Source: Patescibacteria group bacterium
GTDB lineage: Bacteria; Patescibacteriota; Patescibacteriia; 2-12-FULL-60-25
DNA: 32,888 nucleotides
Direction of reading: 5' to 3'
Assembly: GCA_018061485.1 (NCBI GenBank)
Contig: JAGOUA010000002.1
Coordinates: forward strand, 1 to 32,888
Shown here: positions 8,274 through 16,372 of the stretch, piece by piece
Layout of the letters: every line of letters begins with the position of its first letter
Numbering within the stretch: the stretch's first letter is position 1
The notes under the pieces: generated by a model
What the model was told of the DNA's origin: nothing
What the model saw: the letters and a program-made list of their open reading frames with translations, nothing else
The model's database searches: none
Position numbers and translations under genes: made by a program

Positions 8274-9578
8274 CTATTCAGCAAAAGGAATATTCGCAGG
8301 TGGTTCAGACTTTTTGGACTCCGTCCGTCGCAAGAGCGGTGCTTTAACCTGCGTAAGGATCGGAAAGTGCCACAACGTCGCAAGCTCTTCCACCGATAGA
8401 AAAAAGGCATTGAGCCCAACCCCGTCAGAACGATCTCTAAACGCTCGAACGAGGCGCGTTTTACGAGCATCATTGCGTTCCGCCTTAAAAAACCACCAAT
8501 CATTATTCATGCCAATCTTTTTGCTATCAGGACGAAGGGATTGCATGTTAAACGTATTAAACTGACGAATCGATCCCAAAAATGGCGTCACCACTCTTGG
8601 TTTAGACATCGCTTCTTTTTTTGCGAGATAGATCACCCGCATCTTACACATAAACCCAATCTTGGACGTTTTGCGTTCGATATATTCCAACACGAGTTTT
8701 TCCCCCGGAGAAAGCAGCGTGATCTTTGGTGGACCATCTTTCTTTTTCTCGTCTTTCTTTTTTTCTCCCATCGGTAAAAAGATCCCGATAATCCCCTCGA
8801 GAATCTCCACAGGCAAAGCAAAGATCTGCGCCAGCAAGCTTGGGTCTTTAGACTTGGACTCCCCCTTGATCTTCTCGATTTCTTGTTTTGCGCGTTCTTG
8901 CGCCTCTTTTTGGTCGGTAGGCGTCAAAATCACCTGATACCACACCTGCTCACCAGGCCCGATGCGCGAAAAATTCTCAAGCATCGCCGCGAGAGGGTCT
9001 TTCATCTCACCCGACACCTGATCCGTAAAATCGGCATAGGTCTTGATGGGGTACGCGTCGGATTTTGTCGGCGTCAGCTCCGTTCCCCATAGATCATACA
9101 CTTCGTCCGGAAACTTGGTGGGCGCCATCACGGTATAATCTTCAACGACATCAATATCCGCATCAGGATACTGGGCATAGATCGCGGCCTCGACCAAATC
9201 CTTCAACCGTTTTTCGATATACAAGCGATACGATACATCGCCCTCAAGAGAAACGATTTCAATAGAAAGCGGCGATTGATGCTCGCCCTTGAACCATTTT
9301 TCTGTCCAGTTTGGCGCGGCGGCCGCTCCCGCGAAGACGGAGAAGATATTCTCGACTGCCTTGACCGTTTGCTCGGTGGTACGAGGCACGGTTACACGCA
9401 ACATGATAAAGGTTTTGCGCGCGGCGGCCTGCCCCTGCTTGTGCTCAAGCCATAACTCTCGAGCGATCCACAAAGCAATCCACAAAAAGAGAATCCATCC
9501 TCCAGAACGAAAGAGGATCCACATGCCATAGAATGGGTCGTCACCCATGGCGAGAAGGAACGCGGTGAAATCAAACAT
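8274..9578 (-). CDS. membrane protein partner of the T4CP-like ATPase (N-terminal TM hairpin, Lys-rich linker)
   Basis: 434 aa. Hydrophobic GMWILFRSGGWILFLWIALWIA, a second amphipathic stretch LLAQIFALPVEILEGIIGIFLPM, the linker KKKDEKKKD and the C-terminal motif EELATLWHFP. Its stop lies 2 nt before the ATPase start. Confidence 0.75.
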   Translation of the reverse strand: MFDFTAFLLAMGDDPFYGMWILFRSGGWILFLWIALWIARELWLEHKQGQAAARKTFIMLRVTVPRTTEQTVKAVENIFSVFAGAAAAPNWTEKWFKGEHQSPLSIEIVSLEGDVSYRLYIEKRLKDLVEAAIYAQYPDADIDVVEDYTVMAPTKFPDEVYDLWGTELTPTKSDAYPIKTYADFTDQVSGEMKDPLAAMLENFSRIGPGEQVWYQVILTPTDQKEAQERAKQEIEKIKGESKSKDPSLLAQIFALPVEILEGIIGIFLPMGEKKKDEKKKDGPPKITLLSPGEKLVLEYIERKTSKIGFMCKMRVIYLAKKEAMSKPRVVTPFLGSIRQFNTFNMQSLRPDSKKIGMNNDWWFFKAERNDARKTRLVRAFRDRSDGVGLNAFFLSVEELATLWHFPILTQVKAPLLRRTESKKSEPPANIPFAE

Positions 9579-9599
9579 GCTATCACCAAGGATAGCATG
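9576..9599 (-). promoter_or_regulatory. perfect 9-bp inverted repeat (CATGCTATC-N6-GATAGCATG) containing the start codon of the 8274-9578 gene; possible secF terminator or attenuator
   Basis: Read directly from the sequence. On the minus strand the hairpin is preceded by AAAAA and followed by TTTGATTTC. The 3' arm contains the ATG at 9578-9576. Confidence 0.4.
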
Positions 9600-9625
9600 T
9601 TTTTCGATCTCTCAAAAGCCCTCTT

Positions 9626-10537
9626 TTACGCCTTCTTTTGACGAGCCTGCGCCCACTCGTTCCAGCTGACCAACAAGGTCGAAGCAATGAAGAGCGAGGA
9701 GTACGTACCAACACCGATACCAATAATCATCGCCAGACTGAACTCATGCAAGGAAGCCCCTCCAAAGAAGAAGATCGCAAGCAAAGCGAAGAGGGTCGTT
9801 GCTGACGTGTAGAAGGAACGGCGATACGTCTGCGCCAGCGAGTAATCCATAATCTCGGCAAACGTCCCCTTGATTTTTGGGAGGTTTTCACGAACGCGGT
9901 CCATCACCACAATCGTATCCGTGATGGAATATCCAAGAATCGTGAGCATCGCCGCGATAAAGGGCGTTCCCACCTCTACCCCACGATAGTGACCAAGCGC
10001 CGCAAAGACTCCCAGCGGGACAAGCACGTCATGCAAGGCCGCTACCATCGTCACGACGCCATACTTCCACGAAGCAACCGGCGCCGACACTTTGCGAAAG
10101 GTGTACGCAATGTAGAGCACGATCAAGATCAACGCGAGAATAATTCCCTGCAAAGACTTGGCCCGCAATTCATCACCAATCACCGGACCAACCGTCTCAA
10201 AACGCTGTTCCTCGACAGACGCGTTGTTTGCGCGAAGTGCCTCGAGAACCTTGCCATACTGCTCTTGCGTGAGCTCCTTTGAACGAATATACATCTCCGT
10301 CTCCCCCACGGGTTGCACAACCGGCTGACCAAGATCAAGGCCCTCAATGCCGCGCAGGGTGGTAAGAACCTGTTCTACAGATGGACGCGTCTCAAAACGC
10401 ACCGCCATGAGCGAACCACCCGTAAAATCAATACCGAAACGCAGGCCCCATGTCGCCAAAGCTCCAATCGAAGCGGCGATCATAAGCCCCGAAAGAGCAT
10501 ACCAAACCGACCGATAGCGTGTAGCAGAAAACGTCAT
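9626..10537 (-). CDS. secF: protein translocase subunit SecF
   Basis: RFGIDFTGGS motif followed by six TM segments. Start set at MTFSATRYRS (ATG 10537), 1 nt after the secD stop. The ORF-track N-terminal extension overlaps secD. Confidence 0.93.
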   Translation of the reverse strand: MTFSATRYRSVWYALSGLMIAASIGALATWGLRFGIDFTGGSLMAVRFETRPSVEQVLTTLRGIEGLDLGQPVVQPVGETEMYIRSKELTQEQYGKVLEALRANNASVEEQRFETVGPVIGDELRAKSLQGIILALILIVLYIAYTFRKVSAPVASWKYGVVTMVAALHDVLVPLGVFAALGHYRGVEVGTPFIAAMLTILGYSITDTIVVMDRVRENLPKIKGTFAEIMDYSLAQTYRRSFYTSATTLFALLAIFFFGGASLHEFSLAMIIGIGVGTYSSLFIASTLLVSWNEWAQARQKKA

Positions 10538-10538
10538 A

Positions 10539-12596
10539 CTAGTTCTTGGAGAGTTCACGAGATTTGAGGAACAACCATTCCCAACGAGTGAGTGCGGTTT
10601 TTGCCAAAAAGCGCAACCAGACACGACACGTCACCACCGCCGTAAAGAGGGACAGAAGAATACCGATCGCGAGCGTTAGACTAAACCCGCGAATCACCGA
10701 AGACGAGAACCAGTACAACAGCGCACACGAAATCAGCACAGTGACGTGTCCATCGCGAATCGATGGCCATGCGCGAGTAAAGGCTTCCTCCAGAGCCGTC
10801 GGAATACTCTTCCCAAGAGCAAGCTCTTCACGAAACCGCTCAAAGGCAAGGATGTTCGCGTCTACCGCAATACCCAGCGAGAGAATGAATCCGGCAATGC
10901 CCGCAAGGGTTAATGTGACCGGAATATATTTGAAGATCGCCAGAGACAAGATCGCGTAGAGTGTAAGCGCCGCAACAGCGACTAATCCTGGAACGCGATA
11001 GACTAGGAGCAGGAACAGAGCAACGAAGGCAAAGCCAATCAGTCCCGCCCGAAGCGATGCCGCAAGCGAGTCCGCTCCAAGACTTGGACCGATCGTTTGC
11101 TGAGCGATCAGCTCAACCGGCACAGGAAGCGCTCCGGCTTGCAAGCTACGGGCAAGTTCACGAGCCTCCTCGAGTGAGCCGGAGCCTGTGATCACCGCCT
11201 GACCACCTGGAATCTCGCTCTGGACAACCGGCGCCGAAATCAACTGACCGTCGATAAAGATACCGACACGCTTACCGATATTCGCCCGCGTGATCTGCGA
11301 AAAGAGCTCGCGACCTTCGTCGTTAAACTGCAACGCCACCACGACCGCGCCTGTTTGTGGATCAAAGTCGACGCGCGCCGAAGCGAGTTGCTTACCCGTA
11401 AGTGCCGTCGCCTTCCATCCATCCGCCGGTGGAAGAATATCTTCCTTTGTGAGCTTTTCAAAACGTACCACCTGTGCACGCACATCCTCTACCGAACGCT
11501 CATCTGTTTTATAGATAATGTGGTAGCCAAACGGCGTTTCGACAACGTCGGAAATAGCTCCTTTGGCGAGAGCGAAGAACGGCCCTGCGAATTCAGGCAC
11601 AAAGCGTTGCGCGTTTGGATCCGTTTCGAGAGGCGATTCTTCCGTCCAATCAAGCTCCCCCGAGGTCGAGCTTGCGTACGGTTCCATGGAACGTGTCTTC
11701 GCCAGCTCCACAAAGGTTTGCGGAGTTACCGTAGCACGCAATCCATCAATCGTGGCTTTTGCTTCTTCCTTGGTGAGATCGGAGGCTATGCCCTCAATCC
11801 CCTTCCAGGAAATCAAGATATGATGACCTTTCGCTTCTTTTGTGACCACCTTCTTTTCTTCGATGTTTGCGACAAGATACGCATCCGCCGTTTCAATCAC
11901 GCGAGGGGCGACACCCACCGCTTCACCGCGAAGAGCAAGATATTCCTCTTTACGAGCAAGATCTTCTCGCAAGAACACCGAAGGAAGCGTCGTGATACTT
12001 GGTTGAGCTTCTTTTGCCACGTTCAAAAATGATGCTCCTGGAGCGCGAGCCGCCTGAAGCAATGCTTCTGCCTTGGCTTTTGCCGCTTCGTTTTCGACAC
12101 GAATACGAGTCGCCTCATCAAGTGTTAATTCACGAGCAGGCTCTACACTCTCTTCTTTAAACTCCAAGATCGGTGTTTCTCCAATCTTTTTAATTGCTTC
12201 TTGCACGTTACTTACCCCAGCAAGCTCAACACTGACGCGCCAAGCATCACCCGCTTGCGTGGTTTGAATCACTGGCTCAGCAACGCCAAGTGCGTTAATA
12301 CGACGCTCAATAACATCACGTACACCGTTCAAAGCCTCTTGACGCTCTGCGAGAGGGATCTTGGATACATCCGCCTCGTACTCCAAACGAGATCCGCCCT
12401 GTAAATCCAATCCAAGCACAAAGGACTTGGATGATTGCTTATCGGACCAGTCATAGCCAAGCACGGATCCTGCCGTCCGAATCACCCAGTTCATTGGCTG
12501 GGGAAGAATATACACCGTAGCCAATACACCCAACAAAAGGAGCCCCAACGCCCGTCGTTGCGTGGAAGTTTTTGAGACGGTAGAAACAGTTTTCAT
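10539..12596 (-). CDS. secD: protein translocase subunit SecD with an inserted PrsA/SurA-like parvulin PPIase module
   Basis: LGLDLQGG motif, P1 head (GIFIDGQLISAPVV) and a C-terminal 6-TM block. Residues ~150-385 are an insertion containing parvulin signatures GHHILISW ... FVELAK ... FVPEF ... PFGYHIIYK. Confidence 0.93.
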   Translation of the reverse strand: MKTVSTVSKTSTQRRALGLLLLGVLATVYILPQPMNWVIRTAGSVLGYDWSDKQSSKSFVLGLDLQGGSRLEYEADVSKIPLAERQEALNGVRDVIERRINALGVAEPVIQTTQAGDAWRVSVELAGVSNVQEAIKKIGETPILEFKEESVEPARELTLDEATRIRVENEAAKAKAEALLQAARAPGASFLNVAKEAQPSITTLPSVFLREDLARKEEYLALRGEAVGVAPRVIETADAYLVANIEEKKVVTKEAKGHHILISWKGIEGIASDLTKEEAKATIDGLRATVTPQTFVELAKTRSMEPYASSTSGELDWTEESPLETDPNAQRFVPEFAGPFFALAKGAISDVVETPFGYHIIYKTDERSVEDVRAQVVRFEKLTKEDILPPADGWKATALTGKQLASARVDFDPQTGAVVVALQFNDEGRELFSQITRANIGKRVGIFIDGQLISAPVVQSEIPGGQAVITGSGSLEEARELARSLQAGALPVPVELIAQQTIGPSLGADSLAASLRAGLIGFAFVALFLLLVYRVPGLVAVAALTLYAILSLAIFKYIPVTLTLAGIAGFILSLGIAVDANILAFERFREELALGKSIPTALEEAFTRAWPSIRDGHVTVLISCALLYWFSSSVIRGFSLTLAIGILLSLFTAVVTCRVWLRFLAKTALTRWEWLFLKSRELSKN

Positions 12597-12641
12597 ACAA
12601 GAGACACCATGAGAAGAAAAACAAAACGGAAAAACAGCACA

Positions 12642-13397
12642 TTAGCCAGGCAACTGTTGCGTCATTTTTGGCGGCAACGTGCGCATAATCCACCACTGCT
12701 GCACCACCGACAGCAAGCTCATCACCAACCAGTACAGCGTGAGACCAGCAGGAAGCTTGATACCGATCACCACCGTCAGGATGGGCATCATGTACATCAT
12801 CTGCTTATTCATAATCGCTGCCATACTTTCATCTTGCGCCCCTTGCGTATCGGCCACCTCTTTTGGAGGTTGCGCCACCGCCTTTGGGGTAGACTTCAAC
12901 ATTTGACGCCCCTGCACAAACTGGATCAACCCAGCGACAATAGCCAAGAGGACATTGGGACGAGTAAGCTCCACGAGACCGAGAAACTGGGTCTGAATCA
13001 CGCCCGGATTTTGAACAAACCCGTACAAGAGCGATCCATCAATGGCGCCAAGTCCGCGCGATAACGCTTGATAGAGCCCGATAAAAATCGGGATCTGAAT
13101 CAAGAGCGGAAGACATGACGAGGCAGGGTTCACTTTTTCACGAGCGTAGAGCGCCATGAGTTCGCGCCCCTGCGCTTCTTTGTCATCCTTCAAACGAGAG
13201 CGAATTTCTTCGATCTTCGGCTGAATCGCCTGAAGCGCGCGTTGCTGCTTAATCTGCAACGTCATGAATGGCCAGAGCACCGCCTTGACCACCACCGTCA
13301 TCAAAATAATGGCCAGCCCAATATCTTGACCCGGTAGAACGTTATACAACCCAATCAACAGGTTAAAGAATGGCTTGAGAATGAGAAGTTCAAACAT
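12642..13397 (-). CDS. yidC: membrane protein insertase YidC (short, Oxa1-like form)
   Basis: 251 aa. PFFNLLIGLYN..., LAIILMTVVVKAVLWP, QPKIEEIRSRLKDDKEAQGRELMALYAREKVNP and PLLIQIPIFIGLY are typical of the YidC core. Confidence 0.92.
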   Translation of the reverse strand: MFELLILKPFFNLLIGLYNVLPGQDIGLAIILMTVVVKAVLWPFMTLQIKQQRALQAIQPKIEEIRSRLKDDKEAQGRELMALYAREKVNPASSCLPLLIQIPIFIGLYQALSRGLGAIDGSLLYGFVQNPGVIQTQFLGLVELTRPNVLLAIVAGLIQFVQGRQMLKSTPKAVAQPPKEVADTQGAQDESMAAIMNKQMMYMMPILTVVIGIKLPAGLTLYWLVMSLLSVVQQWWIMRTLPPKMTQQLPG

Positions 13398-13405
13398 ACA
13401 AGAGA

Positions 13406-14710
13406 TTATGAGACGAGGCCGACATCTTTGGCGTCCGCTTGCGCTGCACTCTCAGGAGCGTCTTCTTGCGCGACCGCTTCTTGGACGTCTTCGACACCCG
13501 CTTCTTCTTTTGCCTCCCCGCTCTCGATAGCGACCGGTTCAGGGGCGCCGTCTTCGCGGATCGTGATCTTCCATCCTGTGAGACGCGCTGCCAAACGCAC
13601 GTTTTGCCCTCCCTTGCCAATGGCGAGCGAAAGCTGATCCGAAGCCACCAATACCGTCGCGAGATGCTCCCCTTCATCCAAGCTCACGCTCATGATCTTC
13701 GCTGGAGCTAAGGCCGCTTCGATAAACTTCGCCGCGTCCTCGTTCCATTCGATGATATCCACCTTTTCACCGCCCAGTTCGCGAATAATCGTCTGAATAC
13801 GCACGCCACGCTGACCGATACACGAACCGATCGGGTCGATGGCGCTGTCTCCCGTGGTTACGGCAAGCTTCGAGCGACTGCCCGCTTCACGCGCAATATC
13901 ACGAATTTCAACCACGCCGTTGGCGATTTCGGGAATTTCTTGTGCGAATAATGCTGCTACCACCTGTGGACTGCTGCGCGACAAGCGAATTTCTGGGCCC
14001 TTTGTCGTGAGTGCCACCTCGCGAAGCAGCGCTTTGATGCGCGTGCCTGGGTAATAGCGCTCGGTTTCGATCTGATCCTCCGGAAGGAGTACGCCCGTTG
14101 TACGACCAAGGTCAATCAATACCACACGGCCTTCACGACGTTGCACCGTCACGTTCATGAGCTCGCCTTCGCGGCCTTTAAAGTCGTTATAGATCACGCC
14201 ACGTTCTGCTTCGCGCAAACGTTGCAAGATCACCTGCTTGGCCGTTTGAGCCGCGGTACGACCAAATGCCGCAGGAATACCGAGTTCCACACGAATTTCT
14301 TCGCCAACTTGCGCATCTGGCTTGACGTCGCGTGCGTCCGTCAACATGATCATCGTCTTTGGATTGAACGCGAATTCCTGAGCAAACTGCTCCGCAGAAA
14401 GCGCCGCCGCTTCAGCTGTTACGCGATCATCACGCTTTTTTGGAGCCGTTGCCGCATCAAAACGTGAAAAATAATCCTCTGGCAAGACCATGTTTTCTAC
14501 CACCTGCTTGCTATCAAATACACGAATACCACCGGTTGAACCGTCGTATTTTTCGGGATCAAAAACAACTTTAATATTTTGATTCTTGTTGCCGAAGTCT
14601 TTGCGATACGCATTTGCCAGCGCCGCCTCGACCGTTTCAAGAACCGATTCGTACGAAATATTTTTTTCTTCAGCGATTTGCTTCATCGCTAAGGTGATAG
14701 GACTAGCCAT
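13406..14710 (-). CDS. nusA: transcription termination/antitermination factor NusA
   Basis: N-terminal ALANAYRKDFG, an S1 domain, two KH domains (GSCIGQRGVRIQ, AIGKGGQNVRLAARLTGW) and an acidic tail. Start set at MASPITLAMKQ (ATG 14710). Confidence 0.93.
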   Translation of the reverse strand: MASPITLAMKQIAEEKNISYESVLETVEAALANAYRKDFGNKNQNIKVVFDPEKYDGSTGGIRVFDSKQVVENMVLPEDYFSRFDAATAPKKRDDRVTAEAAALSAEQFAQEFAFNPKTMIMLTDARDVKPDAQVGEEIRVELGIPAAFGRTAAQTAKQVILQRLREAERGVIYNDFKGREGELMNVTVQRREGRVVLIDLGRTTGVLLPEDQIETERYYPGTRIKALLREVALTTKGPEIRLSRSSPQVVAALFAQEIPEIANGVVEIRDIAREAGSRSKLAVTTGDSAIDPIGSCIGQRGVRIQTIIRELGGEKVDIIEWNEDAAKFIEAALAPAKIMSVSLDEGEHLATVLVASDQLSLAIGKGGQNVRLAARLTGWKITIREDGAPEPVAIESGEAKEEAGVEDVQEAVAQEDAPESAAQADAKDVGLVS

Positions 14711-14729
14711 AGGAAGGGGAACCTCTTTT

Positions 14730-14757
14730 ATTGTATTAGGACCAGTATTCTTGTGAA
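14730..14757 (-). promoter_or_regulatory. candidate sigma70-type promoter for nusA-yidC-secDF
   Basis: On the minus strand: TTCACA (14757-14752), a 16-nt spacer, then TACAAT (14735-14730), 19 nt upstream of the nusA ATG. Confidence 0.4.
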
Positions 14758-14773
14758 AAACAGGAATGCTTGG

Positions 14774-14808
14774 GTACAAAGGCGACCCGTTCTTCTGGAA
14801 CGGATCGC
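14774..14808 (-). terminator. intrinsic terminator of the heat-shock operon
   Basis: On the minus strand: GCGATCCGTTC-cagaa-GAACGGGTCGC (11-bp stem with one G-U pair) followed by CTTTGTA, 32 nt after the dnaJ stop. Confidence 0.55.
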
Positions 14809-14839
14809 GCAAAAAGCCTACTCCTTCCGCCTACACTCG

Positions 14840-15949
14840 TCAAAGTCCCAACGTCTTGAGGGTTTTTAGCACCTCTTCTTGTTCACGGGTAAGCTTCTTG
14901 GGAACTTCTGCAACAAACGTTGCTACGTGCTCCCCTCGATCGCCTTTTCGACCCGTCGGCACCCCTTTTCCAGCGAGACGCGTCTGCGTTCCCGAAGGTG
15001 TTCGCTCACGAATATTCACCTCAACAGGACCATCGATCGTCTCGACCATCACCGAACCACCTAACGCCAACGTTGAAAAGGGCACCTCTACCCGTGAAAG
15101 AATGGTGGTACCTTGGCGCGTAAAGCGCTCATCTTGCTTCACGTGTACGCGCACAAACAGGTCGCCTGATACTCCCCCGTGTGGTGCCGCCTCCCCCTGC
15201 CCCTCAATACGTAACGTATCCCCAGCGCTTACCCCCGCTGGAATCTGAAACGAAATCTTCGCCGACACGCGATCTACGCCCAAGCCCTTACACGTGGCAC
15301 ACGCTTTTTCTGGAATCTTGCCACGACCTTCACACGCCCCACAAGCACTTGCGACTTGCATCACACCAAACATGGTTCGTTGTGCCTGTCGGACCTGTCC
15401 CGAGCCTTTACACGTTCCACACTCGACCAGCTTTGAACCGCTCGCCACACCATTTCCAGAACACGACGAACAGGTGCTTGGACGCACAATCTCAATCGTT
15501 TTTTCGACACCAAACACCGACTCTTTAAAGCTGAGCTCGACATCTACTTGGATATCTTGCCCTCGTGCGCGCTTCGCTCGACGAGATCCACCTCCGCCAA
15601 AACCGAACATCTCGCCCAAGACATCACCTAAGCCACCAAGATCGTCCATGTTAACTTGGAATCCTCCAAAGCCGTTCTGAAAACCGCTTGGATCAAACCC
15701 GCCGAATCCACCAAACCCTCCCTGACCAGCTCCGCCCTGTTCGAATGCCGCAGAACCAAACTGATCGTACGTTGCACGCTTTTGCGTATCGCCCAACACC
15801 TGATACGCCTCGTTCACATCTTTAAACTTCTGCTCGTTCCCCCCTTTGTCCGGATGATGCTCGTGCGCTAAACGACGGAACGCTTTTTTGATTTCGTCCG
15901 CGCTGGCCGTTTTTGGCACGCCAAGAATGGAATAGTAGTCTTTTGCCAT
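14840..15949 (-). CDS. dnaJ: molecular chaperone DnaJ
   Basis: J domain (DYYSILGV...HPDK), a G/F-rich region and four CxxCxGxG zinc motifs ([32 protein letters not shown]). Confidence 0.97.
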   Translation of the reverse strand: MAKDYYSILGVPKTASADEIKKAFRRLAHEHHPDKGGNEQKFKDVNEAYQVLGDTQKRATYDQFGSAAFEQGGAGQGGFGGFGGFDPSGFQNGFGGFQVNMDDLGGLGDVLGEMFGFGGGGSRRAKRARGQDIQVDVELSFKESVFGVEKTIEIVRPSTCSSCSGNGVASGSKLVECGTCKGSGQVRQAQRTMFGVMQVASACGACEGRGKIPEKACATCKGLGVDRVSAKISFQIPAGVSAGDTLRIEGQGEAAPHGGVSGDLFVRVHVKQDERFTRQGTTILSRVEVPFSTLALGGSVMVETIDGPVEVNIRERTPSGTQTRLAGKGVPTGRKGDRGEHVATFVAEVPKKLTREQEEVLKTLKTLGL

Positions 15950-15968
15950 GCGAAAACATCACGAGCTT

Positions 15969-16367
15969 TTACGCCTGTTGGACCACCACAAAATCGTTGG
16001 CCGCTGCTTCTTGCCCATCTACCAACACACGCACTTCGTAATGACCAAGCGCCTTAATCGGAAACAGGTGGAAGTTTAAGAGCCCCGAAATCTTTTGCGC
16101 AGGATCGGTGGTTGGTTCTACGGTAAAACCCTGGTCGAACAAACTCTTTGCAGACTCACGATGCGTCATCTGTACTTGCACTTGTCGCGCTTGAGAGAGC
16201 TCAGCGTCACGAATCTCGAAGCTGACGCTCAACGCCGGAAGCGTGAGAGGAGCTTCTTCGGAAGGCACGTCTTTCGTAACGATACGTTCGATGATCTTGT
16301 GCAGAATAAACTGACCAGACTCAGTACGTGCCGCACCTTCGCTACACAAAAGAAAGAGGGTTTTCAT
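15969..16367 (-). CDS. hypothetical 132-aa protein inserted between dnaK and dnaJ
   Basis: ORF starts 5 nt after the dnaK stop and ends 19 nt before the dnaJ start. No TM segment or signal peptide, and I recognise no motif. Its position implies co-transcription. Confidence 0.6.
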   Translation of the reverse strand: MKTLFLLCSEGAARTESGQFILHKIIERIVTKDVPSEEAPLTLPALSVSFEIRDAELSQARQVQVQMTHRESAKSLFDQGFTVEPTTDPAQKISGLLNFHLFPIKALGHYEVRVLVDGQEAAANDFVVVQQA

Positions 16368-16372
16368 AGGAA

